Origin: Antechinus flavipes
Taxonomy: Eukaryota
NCBI RefSeq assembly: GCF_016432865.1
Contig: NC_067399.1
Location: 456,816,001 to 456,880,000, forward strand
Direction of reading: 5' to 3'
Length of the DNA: 64,000 bases
Shown: positions 36,935 through 50,302 of the stretch, in pieces
Layout: every line of letters starts with the position of its first letter
Position numbering within the stretch: position 1 is the stretch's first letter
Notes under the pieces: model-generated
Database searches by the model: none
Told to the model about the DNA's origin: nothing
The model's input: the letters and a program-made list of their open reading frames with translations, nothing else
Program-made: the position numbers and the translations under genes

Positions 36935-37275
36935 GTATATATATATCTATACCTACAAATATCGTATACCTATAAACATTATATTCACTATACATACATG
37001 CATACACATATATATACATGTATACATGTTCATGTCCATATAGAGTCATGCTAGTTTGTCTCATTTTATACTACTATATCTGCTATACATTTTAATATGG
37101 GTATTTATGTATATAAATATATATGTAAATATATGCCTAGGTAGATATAAATATATGCATCAATTGATATATATAGTATTGTGTCATGTCTAATATATGT
37201 AGATATATGAGCATGTGATATATAACCACATACATACAATGTATGTGTATGTATAGGCATGGCAGATCTACATAT
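36935..37275. repeat. Degenerate (TA/CA)n low-complexity tract
   Basis: Seen directly. Confidence 0.8.
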
Positions 37276-39279
37276 AATAAGCTGAAACAAGCTAGCTTAT
37301 AGTAGAAAGAACATTAGACTAAGAATCAGGATACTTTGTTCCACCACCAACTAAGCTGTATAAAGCTCAGAAATCATTTCCTTTCCCTAAGCCTCAGGGA
37401 TGTCTGTGGGGAGACTTATAACTAATTTTGTAAAATGAGGACATTGGGTTATATAACTTCTGAGGTCCCTTCCAGCTCTCAGCCTCTTGGATCTAGAGGA
37501 CAACAGTCATCATCATAATTATCCAAAGAAGGTATATCAATCTCTTACCAATACTGCCATCCTAGTAGGAAGACTATTAACAAGTTTTCCTATCTTTCAG
37601 ACTTACCTGGGGGAAAGTGAAGAGAGTACTGTCCCAGATTCACTCTAATGCCTTTACACCAAAACTGGAACCCCACCCAGAAATCTGACTCAACTGAAAA
37701 ATGAGGCATCTGACTTAGCCTGGCCAACAATATCCAGTCTCTGCTTTCCAGGATCCCATATGACATTAGTAGGTGGAAACAACTACTGTTCTCCCAAAGG
37801 GAAAAAGCCAGCCCTCTTAAAATGAACTTGACACCCAGCATTAACTCCATGGCCCCAGGAAAACTTTTCCAAAACTCTGACCTTCTGTTCAAAGACTGGC
37901 TTTTGTTTGGTTATTTCTTGTAAAATACTTTAGCAATGAATTTAGCACTCATAAAACATGGCAGATTGACAGCTATGGAAACCGAAGGATTTTGTTTATT
38001 CCCTAAGCAGGGAGAGTCCTGCAGAAGGGTAGACATAGAATAAAGAGGAGCTGAGAAGGGGGAATTCTGGTGGACAACATACAGACTCTAATAATTTCAT
38101 ATATTATATTGTTTAGAGCTAGTAGAGATCACCTAAGTCGACCACCTTATTTATTTCACAAATGAGGAAACTTAGATCTTGAAATGGGAAGTCACTTGCT
38201 CCAAGGTTCATGGGTATTTTGTGGTGGAGTTGTTATTCAAACCTAGGTCCTGTGACACTGAATTTCCCAATATACCATGTTGTACTTTGATAAATCAGGA
38301 TTTATTTTTGTGCTATATGGTATGTTTTGGAAATATATCCAATCAATAGGAATGAGACAAAGATTTATTTATAAATTAATCCAACTGAAGCTTCCTCTAT
38401 TTACCCTAGCTCACAGTAATCTCTTCTTCTGAATTCCTATAGCATTTCTTGTCTATACAACCACATCTGGCACTTAGTTTATCTAACTTTGAACAATAAA
38501 ATGGGGATCAAGGTACCTTCCTTACAGTGTTATTGAAAAAGTCAGATAAGCTTATTATGACTATGTAAATACTATAAAGTGATATCAAGATGTAAGAGAT
38601 TATTGTTGTTGTTGTTGTCAGGTCTTCTACTAGAAGAAATTCCAGAAAAGCAGAGATCAGATCTAATTCTTTTTATTACTTTCCAAATGTGAGCTGCTTG
38701 AGGGCAGAGGACTGTTACATTTTTGTATTTTTATCTCCAGCACTCAGAACATAGTAAGCACTTCATAAATGCTTGTAGATAAATTGATTACTTAACAGCA
38801 CCTAGCAAAAGACTTTAGAAGACAGGAAATGCTCAAGAAGAATTTACTGATTGGTCTACATTATTCAAGGTTCACTTATAAGAGTTTAGAAAAGAACATA
38901 GATGATATTTTAGATACCTTGTCAGGATGTGTAATCCACAGTCCAGTCCAAACTTGCTACACCAACTATTGGCAAGACATTTTAGGTAAGAGAGTGTTAG
39001 CAACTCTGAATTTTAGCAAATTTAATTCAGGCACACAGCCTTCTATGACTAAATTTCCAAGATGCTGGTTCATTGCTCAGTTTTTCTAATCCCTTGTCTC
39101 AAAAGCAAACAAACAAAAAACTGTTTTTACTATCAACAAGTATGTACTTGCCAACCATTGGATGAAAAAAGTAAGACCTTTTAACCAGAGGTTCATATTT
39201 TGACCTAAGCAAAAGAAAAGAGGAGGAAAAAGAGAAGTTTAAATGCAGGATTATAGGTAGATGACCCTACTGTGACCAT

Positions 39280-40269
39280 AGAGTATTGAGTCTCCTTCCC
39301 ATTTTCTTGAACTGATCTGAATGATAGGTCTTTCCACATCTCTTCTTCCTCCACATCTCTGCTATTGAATAATCCTTCTAACATATTAATCTGATCACAT
39401 TGCCCCCAAATCTTCATCACCTCAAATATCCTAGCTTTCTGAAAGTGTCTCGATCCACTCATTTTCCACCATCTATTTCTTCCCTTCACCTTATCCATAT
39501 GAAGGCACGATCACATTCTTGACTTTGCCTTCATCCACAAGTGTTCTACTTCTAGGTTTATAGATGCATCTAGGTAGGGCAGGGATTAAGTGCTGGATCT
39601 AGAGACAGGAAGATTTGAGATAAAATTTAGCTTCAGAAACTCTCATTATGGGATTTCTGGACAAGACATTACTTAACCTCTGTCTGACTCAGTTTCTGCA
39701 AACTATAAAATGGGATAATAACATCTACCTCCCACAATTGTTGTGAGGATCAAATGAGATAATATTCGTAAAACATTTAGTTCGGTACTTACTAAATGTT
39801 TGTTCTTCCTCCAACCTTTTCCCGTCTCAGATTAAGAACTCTGAAATTTCTTTATTGGATCATAATCTTTTATTTTTCCATCCCTTCCTATGCCTTACTT
39901 ATCCTAAATCATATTTACCATAACTTCCAATCCTTCATCTCTCAGTATTATCATTGTCATCACCACTGTTCTGACGAAGCTCTTTTTCCTAACCAATCAC
40001 AACTCTTGGTGAACCCAGTCCATTATATATTATCCTCTCATAAATACCTGTTCCCTCTGCATAGGCAACTTTGATTACTCCTACCATCCACTTCTTTTGC
40101 TTCTATTCAGGTGTTGATGAATAGATGTGAAAGAAATTGTGAAACTTTATTGCTGAGTCTGTTATAAAACTTATTTTAGTTAAACTCAACTGGGCCCTTA
40201 TTTCATCAAGATTGAACTCCTACTAAAGAGATTTTTTTATTCATCTTACCCATATGTTCCAAACATTTT
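39280..40269 (+). mobile_element. L2 endonuclease-region piece, interrupted by a MIR at about 39560-39810
   Basis: cacattcttgactttgccttcatccacaagtgttctacttct resumes as aagaactctgaaatttctttattggatcataatc after the MIR. Confidence 0.7.
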
Positions 40270-43220
40270 TGCCCTTCTGGTAGTTTTTTTTTTCTTCTTT
40301 TTCTGTTTAGTATTTTATTTTCCCCCAATTACATGTAAAAAACAGTTTTTAATATTCATGTTTTAAAACTTGGGAGTTCCAAATTTTCTCTCTTCCTCCA
40401 TCTTCACACCTCTCATTGAGAAAGCAAGCAATTCAATTAAGGTTGTACATGCCTAGTCATGCAAAACATATTTCCACATTAGTCATGTTGTGAAAGAAAA
40501 AATAGATAAAAAATTTGGGAATATAAGGTTTTTTAAAAGTATGCTTCAATTTATATTCAGATGAAATCAGTTCTGAGTATGAATAACATTTTTCATCTTA
40601 AGTCTTCAGAGTTGTCTTGGATCATATTATTGCTGAAGAGGTAAGTCATTCATAGCTGATCATCTTAAAATAATGCTTTTATTTTGTACACAGTACATAT
40701 CACTATGTCAGCTTGTTTAAGTCTTTCCAGGTTTTTCTGAGAGCATCCTATTCATCACTTCTTGAGGAACAATAATGCTCCATTACAATCATATGCCTGT
40801 TGTTCGGTCATTACGCAGTTGATAGGTATCCCTCAATTTTTAATTCTTTGCCACCAGAGAAGAGCTACTATAAATATTTTATACATAGAAGTCCTTTTCC
40901 TTTATTTTGTCTCTTTCAACATACAAACCTAGTAGTGATATTGGTAGGTTAAAGGGTATGCCTGATTTTATAGCCTTTTGAGCATCATTCCAAATTGCTC
41001 TAAAGAATGGTTGGAATAGCTCACAACTCTGCCAGCAATACATTAATATCTCATTTTTCCCATCACCATTTGTCATTTTTCTTTTATGTTCTATTAGCCA
41101 ATTTAATAAGTGTGAGGACAACCTCACACAACCTTGGAAGGGTTGTGATTTGCATTTTTCTAATCAATAGTGAGTTAGAGCATTTTTAAATATGGCTATA
41201 GCTAGCCATGATTACTTCATCTGAAAACTGTTCATATCTTTTAATCATTTATCAATTAGGAAATGACTCTTATTTTTATAAATTTGACTCAGTTCTATAT
41301 ATATATATATATATTTGAGAAATCAGTCCTTTATCAGAGAAACTTGCTTCAATTTTTTTTGCAGTTACAATTGCTAATTGTATTCCCCTACATCCTATTC
41401 CCCACCCCTCATCTATTCTCTTTTTTCTTTCTTTTCACTCTGTCCCTCATCAAAAGCATTTTTGTTCTTACTAGCATCTCCTCCAATTTGTCCTCCGATA
41501 TAATAACTCCCCTCTCCTCCTCATATCTCCTTCCTCTGCTACTTTCCTATAATATAGATTTTGATACCCAATTGAGTGTGTATGTTATTCCATCTTTGAG
41601 TCAATTCTGATGAAAGTAAAATTCAGTCACTTCTTCTCACTTCCCCCATCTTTCCCTCCACTATAAAAACTTTTTTTCTTGATTCTTCTATATAACTACT
41701 TTGACTTCCAGAATATGATATTATAAGCCCTCTGATCATTTAATATAAATGTTGCTAAATCTTGTGTAATCTTGACTGTAGCTCCATTATTTGAATTATT
41801 TCTTTCCTACCTATTCTGCCTACCTGGGAGCTCTGGAATTTGGTGATAATATCCTGGAAGATTTCATTTTTAGATCTCTTTCAAGAGGTGATTGGAGGAT
41901 TCTTTCCCTTTCTGTTCTACCCTCTGGTTCTCAAATACCAAGAGAGTTTTCCTTAATAACTTCTTGAAAGAATATGTCTAGGTTTTTTGGGGGGATAAAG
42001 GCTTTCAGGAGTTCAATAACTTTTAAATTATCTAGCCTAGATCTATTTTTCAGTTCAGTTATTTTTCCAATGAGATATTTATATTGTTTTTTATTTTCTT
42101 CATTCTTCTGATTTTGTTTTATTGTTTCTTGATTTATCATAAAGTCATTAGTTCTATTTGCTCTATTCTTATTTTTAAGAATTTACTTTCTTCAGTGAGC
42201 CTTTATGCTTCCTTTTCCTTTTTGCCAATTCTACTTTTTAAGGAGTTTTTCCTTCAGTGAATTTTTGTGCCCTTTTTTCCATTTTGGAATTTTGCTTTTC
42301 AAAGCATTTTCTCCTCATGATTTTTAATACTTCTTTTACCATTTGGCCTACTCTATTTTTAAGGTGTTATTTTCTTCAGTATTTTTTTGAATCTCCTTTA
42401 TCAAGTTGTTGACTCTTTTCTCATGATTTTCTTGCATCACTCTCATTTTTTTTTCCCATTTTTTCCTCTACCTCTTTTATTTTTTCTTGGAGGCTTTGGG
42501 TATAGGAACTTTGACTTTGTTATCTTCTTCTGAATGTATTTTGATCTTCCTTGTCACCATCAAAACTAATTTTTTTTTCCTATTGTTTGCTCATTGTTCC
42601 AGTCTATTTCTTGACTTAACTCTTTATTAGAATGGGACTCTGCTTCCATAGTAAAAGGCAGATAGTTCCAAGCTTTATGGTTTTTGTGCAGTTGTTTTCA
42701 GAGATACTTCTAGGGACATGTAAGTTTTCAATTCTTCCAAGATGGTAGGATCTAAGGAAGGTTTTGTTTGCTACTCTCTTAGCCTGGGTCTTCAAAGATC
42801 CACAAGCACTAGTTCTTCATTCTAACTGTGACAAGAGTTCCTGCTTCACTGTGACCTGATAGCTCTGGCATGCTAATTTCTTTTTTGCTCTGCAATCACC
42901 AAGACCTGCAACGGACATCCAAGTATGGACCTCTAGTGCCAGCCAAGAGATTCTTGTAATCTCTTTCTGATTAGTCGTTTGACCCCCTTACAATCAGTAA
43001 ACTGAAAGCTCTAGAAGCAGCTGCTGGTACAGATACAGTGGCTCCCAAGGTCTGTTCCTGGTTTGCTGGAGTCCCATCTCACACCTTCTAAATTGTCTTT
43101 GGCTGGAAAATATTTCACTCTGTTCTTTGTAGGTTCTGTCACTCCAGAAATTACTTGATAAATTGCGTTCAAAAGGGATTAGGGGAGAGCTCAGGTGAGT
43201 CCCAGCTTCCTTCCTTCTGG
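40270..43220 (-). mobile_element. About 2.95-kb internally deleted L1: 5' region, ORF1, inter-ORF, ORF2 tail, 3' UTR
   Basis: ORF1p remnant LIGKITELKNRSRLDNLKVIELL...LDIFFQEVIKEN; ORF2 start fused to late ORF2 at about 41330-41390; candidate TSD tccaaacatttt at 40258-40269 and 43221-43232. Confidence 0.85.
41931..42140 (-). pseudogene. L1 ORF1p remnant (end of coiled coil / start of RRM)
   Basis: Aligns by eye to L1 ORF1p DLENRSRRDNLRIIGLPE...SLDIIFQEIIKEN. Confidence 0.85.
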
Positions 43221-44626
43221 TCCAAACATTTTCTTTTCTCCTCAAACTGCCCATGCTGCTTGTTCTACCTACATTATCCACAGAGGGCTACAACTTATAT
43301 GTTCCTAAAAAATTGTAACTACTTCACTGACACTTCCTTCTTCTTTCCTTTTCATATGCTATTCCTCTGACATTCTTCCTAACTATTCTAGTACCTCGTG
43401 ATGTGATATCCCTTTTTCTTACCCCTTTTATATTTGCCCCTGATCTGCTGTTCCCGTATATTATCTAAAAAGTTACCAACTATCATGTCCCTTCTAATTT
43501 TCAATCTCTTCCCATTTGCTAGTCCTCTTCCTACTCAACTCTCTCCCACCAAAACAAACACCATAACAAAACACCTCTCACTGGATCCTATCATAACTGC
43601 TAGCTATTGACCTATATATCTCATCCCTTTCTTAACAAATCTTTAAAAAGTTATCTATATAAATACACACACACACACACACACACACAGAGTTCCCTTA
43701 ATTTCTTCTCCTCTCAATCAGTCTTCTAAACTCTCTGAAATCTGGCTTCTGGTCTTATCACCCAAGTGTAACTGCTTTACCCATAGTTAGTAATGATCTT
43801 TTAAGTGCCAAATATAATGACCTTTCCTTTATTTTTTTTTCTTCTTAACCTTTTTGTAGTAAATTTCATTATTAAGAACTGCTTTTCTACCTGTTCAGTT
43901 ACTCCTTTTCATTTTCTTTCACTGGGTCTTCATCCAAGTATGTCTACTAATTATGAATATTCCCTAAGGCTGTATTCTGAACCATCTTCTCTTTTCTCTA
44001 CATATTTTTTCACTTGGAAATCTCACTAATCTTGGTTTGAGTTCTCATCTTCAAAAATTTCTATTTTCCTAAACACTCCTCAATTTTCTTTGTTGATTCC
44101 TCTTCTATATCACTCCCCCTTTGTGTATCTTCCAAAGCTCTATCTTGGACTTCTTCTACTTTTCCTCTATACTATCCTTGTTTAATGAAAATTTCAGCTC
44201 CCATTGGTTCAATGATTAGATCTATTTATATTCTCAGTTCTTTATATGCAGCCCTGGTTCCTCTCCTGAGCTCCAATCCTATACCAATTGCCTTTTGGAT
44301 AATTCTGGATTGTCCAACTGGATGTCATGATGTTATCTTAAATTCTTTAAGATCCAAAACAAAATACATTATCATTTCCCCTAAGTCTTTACCATGTTTG
44401 AACTTCCTTTTTACATTTGAGTGAACAATTATCCTTCCAATTACCAAGGTTCAAAATCTCAGTGTCATCTTCAATTCCTCTCTCTTGACTTAACCCTACA
44501 TATCTAATTAGTTTCTTAATCTTATGATTTCTTTCTCTACCTGAACTTCTATATATATTCCCTTCTCTACACCCAAAAAGCCACTGTTTAAACTCTTATC
44601 ATCTCTTGTCTGTTTTATAATAGCAT

Positions 44627-45010
44627 TTTTAAAATTTATTAAACACTTTTCAAGCAAATCTAATTTTTACGCAGAATTTAATAAACAATAGAAATGAACA
44701 TTTCTATATGTAAAGTAGAAAAGAAAATAGTACTGTACATGAAATTATTAATTTCTACTACAAAAGTTTGATTTTTCTTTTAAATGGAAAATGATTTTGA
44801 GTTTCAAAACTATCCTGCAAAACTTTCTTTCTGATCTTCTTTCTATTGTCTTCAATGCATTTTTCAAAGTGCTTCAATCACCTCCTTTTCTTTTTTCTTT
44901 TGGTGATCATAATACCATATTCATAGAGAAAAAGAAAATACCTGAGGCAAATATACATAGTCAAATAAAATTCTCACTTTGGCTGTGTCTGTTTAAAAAA
45001 AAAAGTATCT
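44627..45010 (-). mobile_element. Old L1-like 3' UTR fragment
   Basis: T-rich start followed by a UTR-like antisense pattern (aatgaacatttctatat..aaagtagaaaagaaa). Confidence 0.5.
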
Positions 45011-45016
45011 CTGTAG

Positions 45017-45750
45017 TGTTGGAATCTTTATAAACTGCTAACTCAGAGTTGATAGATTATTGATCTGATCTTACAAGGAAATGTTTTGGGCCAGAACTTG
45101 AAACAAGATACTAAGTAGAACTAATTGATACAATGCTTGTGTTCACACCAGTACTTATTGGAGTTCACAAATATGGGAGATTCACAAAGCAAACTTTGTA
45201 ACTTTGTGAATTCACACCTCCCTTAGGTGTGCCTCCAGAAGGAAGAGTTAACCTTTGGGAGATGATATATAAGAAGCAGACTCAGTCGGGAGTTCGGCTG
45301 AATTTAGATTGGGAGAGGAGCATCAAGTGAGTTCAGCCAGAAGCCCTCTCTGAGTGAGGAGTTTTACTTCGGAACATTGACTGGGGTCGGAGAGGAGCAC
45401 TCTGGGAGATTGAGAGCCAGAAGCCCTCTCTCAGAGGCAAGAGAGATTCATTCCATTTTCCACTTGGCTGTCTGGAGGCTGGAGAAAGCAGTGGCAGAAG
45501 CAAAGGACAAACTGCAAGAGCTCTTAGAACCAAAGAGAGAGAGAGAGAGAGAGAGAGGCCTGTAAGAAAGTTAACCGGGCTATATTGAAGGACACAATAA
45601 AAGATGTGAAATTTTATCAGTTGGCTGTGTTTTGAGATGATTATTACTTTCAACTGCAACTAAGGCTGCCTCCAGAAAACCTTCCCCGAGAAACCTGCCC
45701 TCCCCCAGAGAAAACCATTATTATTATTTTAAAAGAAGAAAATCACCACA
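45017..45750 (+). mobile_element. Solo ERV LTR, 734 bp
   Basis: TG...CA ends; perfect 6-bp TSD ctgtag at 45011-45016 and 45751-45756; TATATAA 45266-45272; AATAAA 45596-45601; internal direct repeat agccagaagccctctct. Confidence 0.92.
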
Positions 45751-48700
45751 CTGTAGTCTTCTGATTATCTCTCCCTAATTCATCTTCCATTCAGCTGCCA
45801 CTGATTTCCCTAAAAAGCAGACTTGATTATGTTGCTTCTCTACTAAATAAACTCCACTGGCTCCCTATTACTTGCAGATAAAATTTAACATCCTTTCTTT
45901 GAGATTTAAAGTTTTTATCAATCTGGCTTATTCCTATCTTTTCAATTATGCTGTACTCTGTTCCTCTCCATTTATAGTATGATCCAGATGTACTGCCTTA
46001 CTTGCTATTTCCTATATACAATATTCTTGGTCATTTCCAAACCATACTGCCTGCATAATGGCTATCCTCCTAAACACGCTTGCATTTGAACCTGAGATCT
46101 ATCCAGGTCTGAGGATCTGGAACAAAATAGATGAGTTTTTGTCTTATCTTGTTCAAAACCAGAAATTCATGCTGTTTCTTGGCCATTTCCAAACCAAGTC
46201 AATATGTGCTTACCAAAGGATCTGGCAGTGAGCTCTTAAAAAATTTTTTTTCTTATTCATTTAGTCTTTAATCTCCATTCTTTTGCACTGATTATTCCCC
46301 AAAGCTGGAATGTTATTCTTCCCAACTTCCAACTTTTAAAATCCCTGGCTTTACTTAAGTCTTAGCTCAAATTCCACCTCTTCTAAGGAGACATTATGGT
46401 CCCAGCTGTGATTGCCATTCTGTCATCCTCTCTAAGGTTACTTGTCAGAAATTCTATATTTATTTTACACGTTCTAATTTAAATATGTTATCTCTCCCAT
46501 AGAATGTAACTTCTTTGAGGGCAAAGATTCTTTTTGCTTTCTCTTTGTATCTCCAGGGTTTAGCATAGTGTGTAGTTGTGTATTTAATAAATGCTCAGTG
46601 GTTGATTGATTAGTTTCCTATTGCTTACTCAGTACAGTTCAAATAACTTTTCCTTATATACAAGGACCTCTACAATTTGGCACCATTCAAAACTCTCCAG
46701 TCTTAAATCCTATTATGCCCCTTTCCATAGATTATACCCCAGTCAAACTGAGCTCCTCATTGTAACATTTAAACATTCCCTCTATTCTTCTGTTACTGTG
46801 CCTTTGTTTGCATGGTTTATTATACTCAAAATGCCTTTCTTTTCCCTCTTTACCTGTTGACATCCCATTCATTCTCAAAATCTATCTTAAATGCTCTCTC
46901 CTTTAAATGCTTATCTGCCTGTCCTTTCTTTTGCCTATTCATGATTTTTTACATCAGACTTAAGATACTACTTTCTTTTGTAACTGTCTAAATATTTTAA
47001 TTATATGATATTGTATGTTATAATTATTCATGTTGGAATCTCACATTCTTACTGAAATGGAAAGTCTTTCAGGACAGGTGCAATGTCTTACCGAAATTTC
47101 TTATCTCCCCCTAGCACCTATTCGAGGTGTCTACACAAAGTACTGAATAAAAACTTGTTATATTTTGTTTTGAACACTCATTTCAGAATGAAAGACCACA
47201 AGGAATAGAGAAAAGGGGACATGCATGAAGTATCTCTGGAGAAATAATCAAAAAAATTTGATAATACAGGCGAGAAATAGGAAGAACCTAAAAAAGCTAG
47301 CATGAATCAAGTTTGTGCTATGTAGAGGTGGGAGACTTGTCAAAAGTAGGCAGGAGTTGATTAATATCTACCTTGCAAATGGTCTAAACATCTGGGACAG
47401 GGCAGATGTGTACACAGAAATGTGTTGCCCATGATACATAGAGTAGAAAAATGGGGGTGGAGGCAACTCTTGGGTCAGGGAACAAAGGAAATGCTTGTCC
47501 ACCCAGCATGCAATCAGCTTTGGGAAATCAAGGGAGGTCATCAAGTCAGATATTGTAGCTGGACCAAAGAAAGGCTGGATACATTTACAGACAGTGAAAA
47601 CATCTGTACTTATGCAAGTGAAGATAAAAGGAAATCAGATCTCATGCCTCAGGGCATGATGTATCTCTTTTTTTTCCCCATCTTCCAAAACACTGGGTGT
47701 TGGCTGCTGTTGAAGGCGGGATGTTGGGCTTGATGGATGAAGTCTGAAGGCAGAATACCAACCTCTAAGTTAATCAAAATTACCTAAACATCCTGTTATA
47801 TATGGAAGAACAGAAATTCCATTCTTCTATTAGAAGTCAAAAGAATAAAGTGACAGGATCAATCTAACTAGTTTAATACCTTTTTTTCTGAGTTCCATTG
47901 CCCAAAATAACTTCTCTGTTCTATTGCCAATATGCTATGTAAACTGAAGTTGTGTATTAGAGCCCTGAACAAGCTTGTTAGCTTTATAGATTACCTTGTT
48001 TTTCTACAATGATAATTAACTCTTGCAACTAGGAAAAACCAAAATAAAACAACCTGTGATTGGCTCATACCATCCCTACCTGGAATTGGAACTCAAAACA
48101 TGACATTGAACTCGAAGTCAAGAAATTTAGATTCTAACCCTAACTTTGCTCTAGCTAATATACTATTACTTGTCTCTGTGGGTCAGGGCTAATCATTTAA
48201 CTTTGTTAAATCTCAGTGTCTTCATTTGTAAGATGGAGATAATAGTTGCCCTGTCTAACTCATAAGAACAGCATGACATTATGGAAATAAAGGACAAAAT
48301 TTATATCCTGCCTCTGATACTTGCTACTTTTGGAACCTGTCAAGTCACCTAATTTCTCTGGTCTCACTTTTCTCATCTATGAAATAAGAAGCTTGAATTA
48401 GACTGACTACTAAGGTCCTTTGCAGTTTTAAATCTGTGATTCTATTTAAAAAAGAACATATAAATTTCATGATATTATATAAATGTAAAGAGTAGAAATT
48501 ATAATCATTTCATTATTCTAATAATAATACCAACAACAATGTATGAGAAATATTAAGCATATAATAACTTAGGTACCAATTTAACCACTTTGGGTTGAGG
48601 AGAAAGAACATAACATGCCCACATAAGTTGAATACTCCTCTTCCTATAAGGTAACATATATGTATATGTGTGTTTTATATTTTATTCCATTTAATTTAGG

Positions 48701-49229
48701 ATTCAACTATATTTTGTTTGAGTAGGCTCCATACACTGAGTTTGCATCATGCTGTTTCTCATTATTCTACATTCCCTAGTATTCCACTAAAGAATTCAGC
48801 TTCTATGAAACAACTGACTTCGTAATTCACCATGGGTACAAGAAGAAAACCTCTACATTCAGTGGATGAGCCATCAATCTGCAGACACATAACAAAGGCT
48901 CTTGTGCATGGTGGTTTTAGAACACTTTTCTCTGTGTCATTCCCCCTCCCCCTCCCAGACACCCCCCCCCCATTATAATAAATTTGCTTGTTTGATTGGC
49001 TTTTGATGTTAGGAATAGGTCCAATGTTAGAACCTAGCAGTATACCAACCTTTTCCTCAGACATTTGAAAGATAGGTCCAGCCATAATTTGATTTCATTT
49101 TTACTTCTAGCAGAAATATTTATAAAGTATATGGTCAAGGTAGATTTTAACACAGAATAAGGTTCACAGATTCAAATTCAGGTTGTTGGGTTTTGTTTTT
49201 TGTTTTTTTTTTTTTTGGTTGGTTTGGGG

Positions 49230-49365
49230 GTGGGAAAGGTAGTCGAGATTAATTGACTGGTCCAGGGTCAGACAACTAGTATGTATCTACGCTCACACTT
49301 GAACTCAGGTCCTTTTGATTCCAGGGTCAATTCTCTATCCACTGTATCATGTAGCTACCCCTACG
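49230..49365 (-). mobile_element. WSINE1-type CORE-SINE
   Basis: cttgaactcaggtccttttgattccagggtcaattctctatccactgtatcatgtagctacccc. Confidence 0.8.
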
Positions 49366-50302
49366 CTGGTTGCCTTCTGACCACTCCAGAAGTAGTTGTA
49401 TTTCAGAGACCAAAAGGTCTCTTTTTAATGACTTACATGCAGTGGAATTAGACATTTTGAATTACAGGTTTGAAACCTTGTGGCTTAATCTAATGGATTC
49501 CATGGAATGTCATTCAAATGTTGGAAACTGTTTCAGGAAAGTTATGGATGATTTGGATAACAAGAAGGCAGTATGATATGGTGGAAATAACATTGACTTG
49601 AAGATAGAAGGTGTGGATTTGAATCCTGACTCCACTTCTGTGAGGCATTCATCCTCAGTTTTCTCAGCTGAAAATGAGGGATTGGGCTATAAAATAATCA
49701 TCACTTCCAATTATAAAATCCTATGAGTTCTACATTTTGCCACTGGTCTTTTAAGCATATGATCCAATCAGGAAGAGAGTCAGAGGATGGAGCAATACAA
49801 GGCAATTATGGATTAAGGCGCAATTAAATTAGGCCCCATAATTGCTCTATTTCATAATCTCTTCCTCATTGTTGGTTAATAACCCAACTACATTTATGAT
49901 CTCAATTGACTCCACCTTCCTCTTTTTCCCACTGGGATAGGTGAGTCCGGAACTGTAAAGGGTGATTGGGCTCTTCCTGGGGAAAATGAGAACAGGTGAG
50001 CCAGATTTCTTGGTCTTATCCCCAATGGCTCCAGGCCCACAGTTAGGATCACTTTATAGAAGGGAGGGAAGTTGGGAGTAGGAGAAGTAGTAGAAACAGC
50101 CATCAGAGAATGACTCAGTGAGGTAAGAAGCAAACTGGGAATTGAGAACAATGAACTGGAATCTAGTTCAGTTCAGTAACTGACATCATCTTCATCATCA
50201 TCTAAAGTCAATTCTTCTGTCTCCTTTTCTGTCTTAGAAGTAGGAAGAGGCTTAAGCCCTTTTCAAGTCTGAGCCCACTATGAAGTACTAGTTCTTTCAT
50301 TT

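Larger units (their letters stand above)
43221..46600 (+). mobile_element. L2 RT region and 3' end, interrupted several times
   Basis: aaatctggcttctgg...gtaatgatcttttaagtgccaaat; tail tagaatgtaacttctttgagggcaaagat...tttagcatagtg. Confidence 0.75.
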
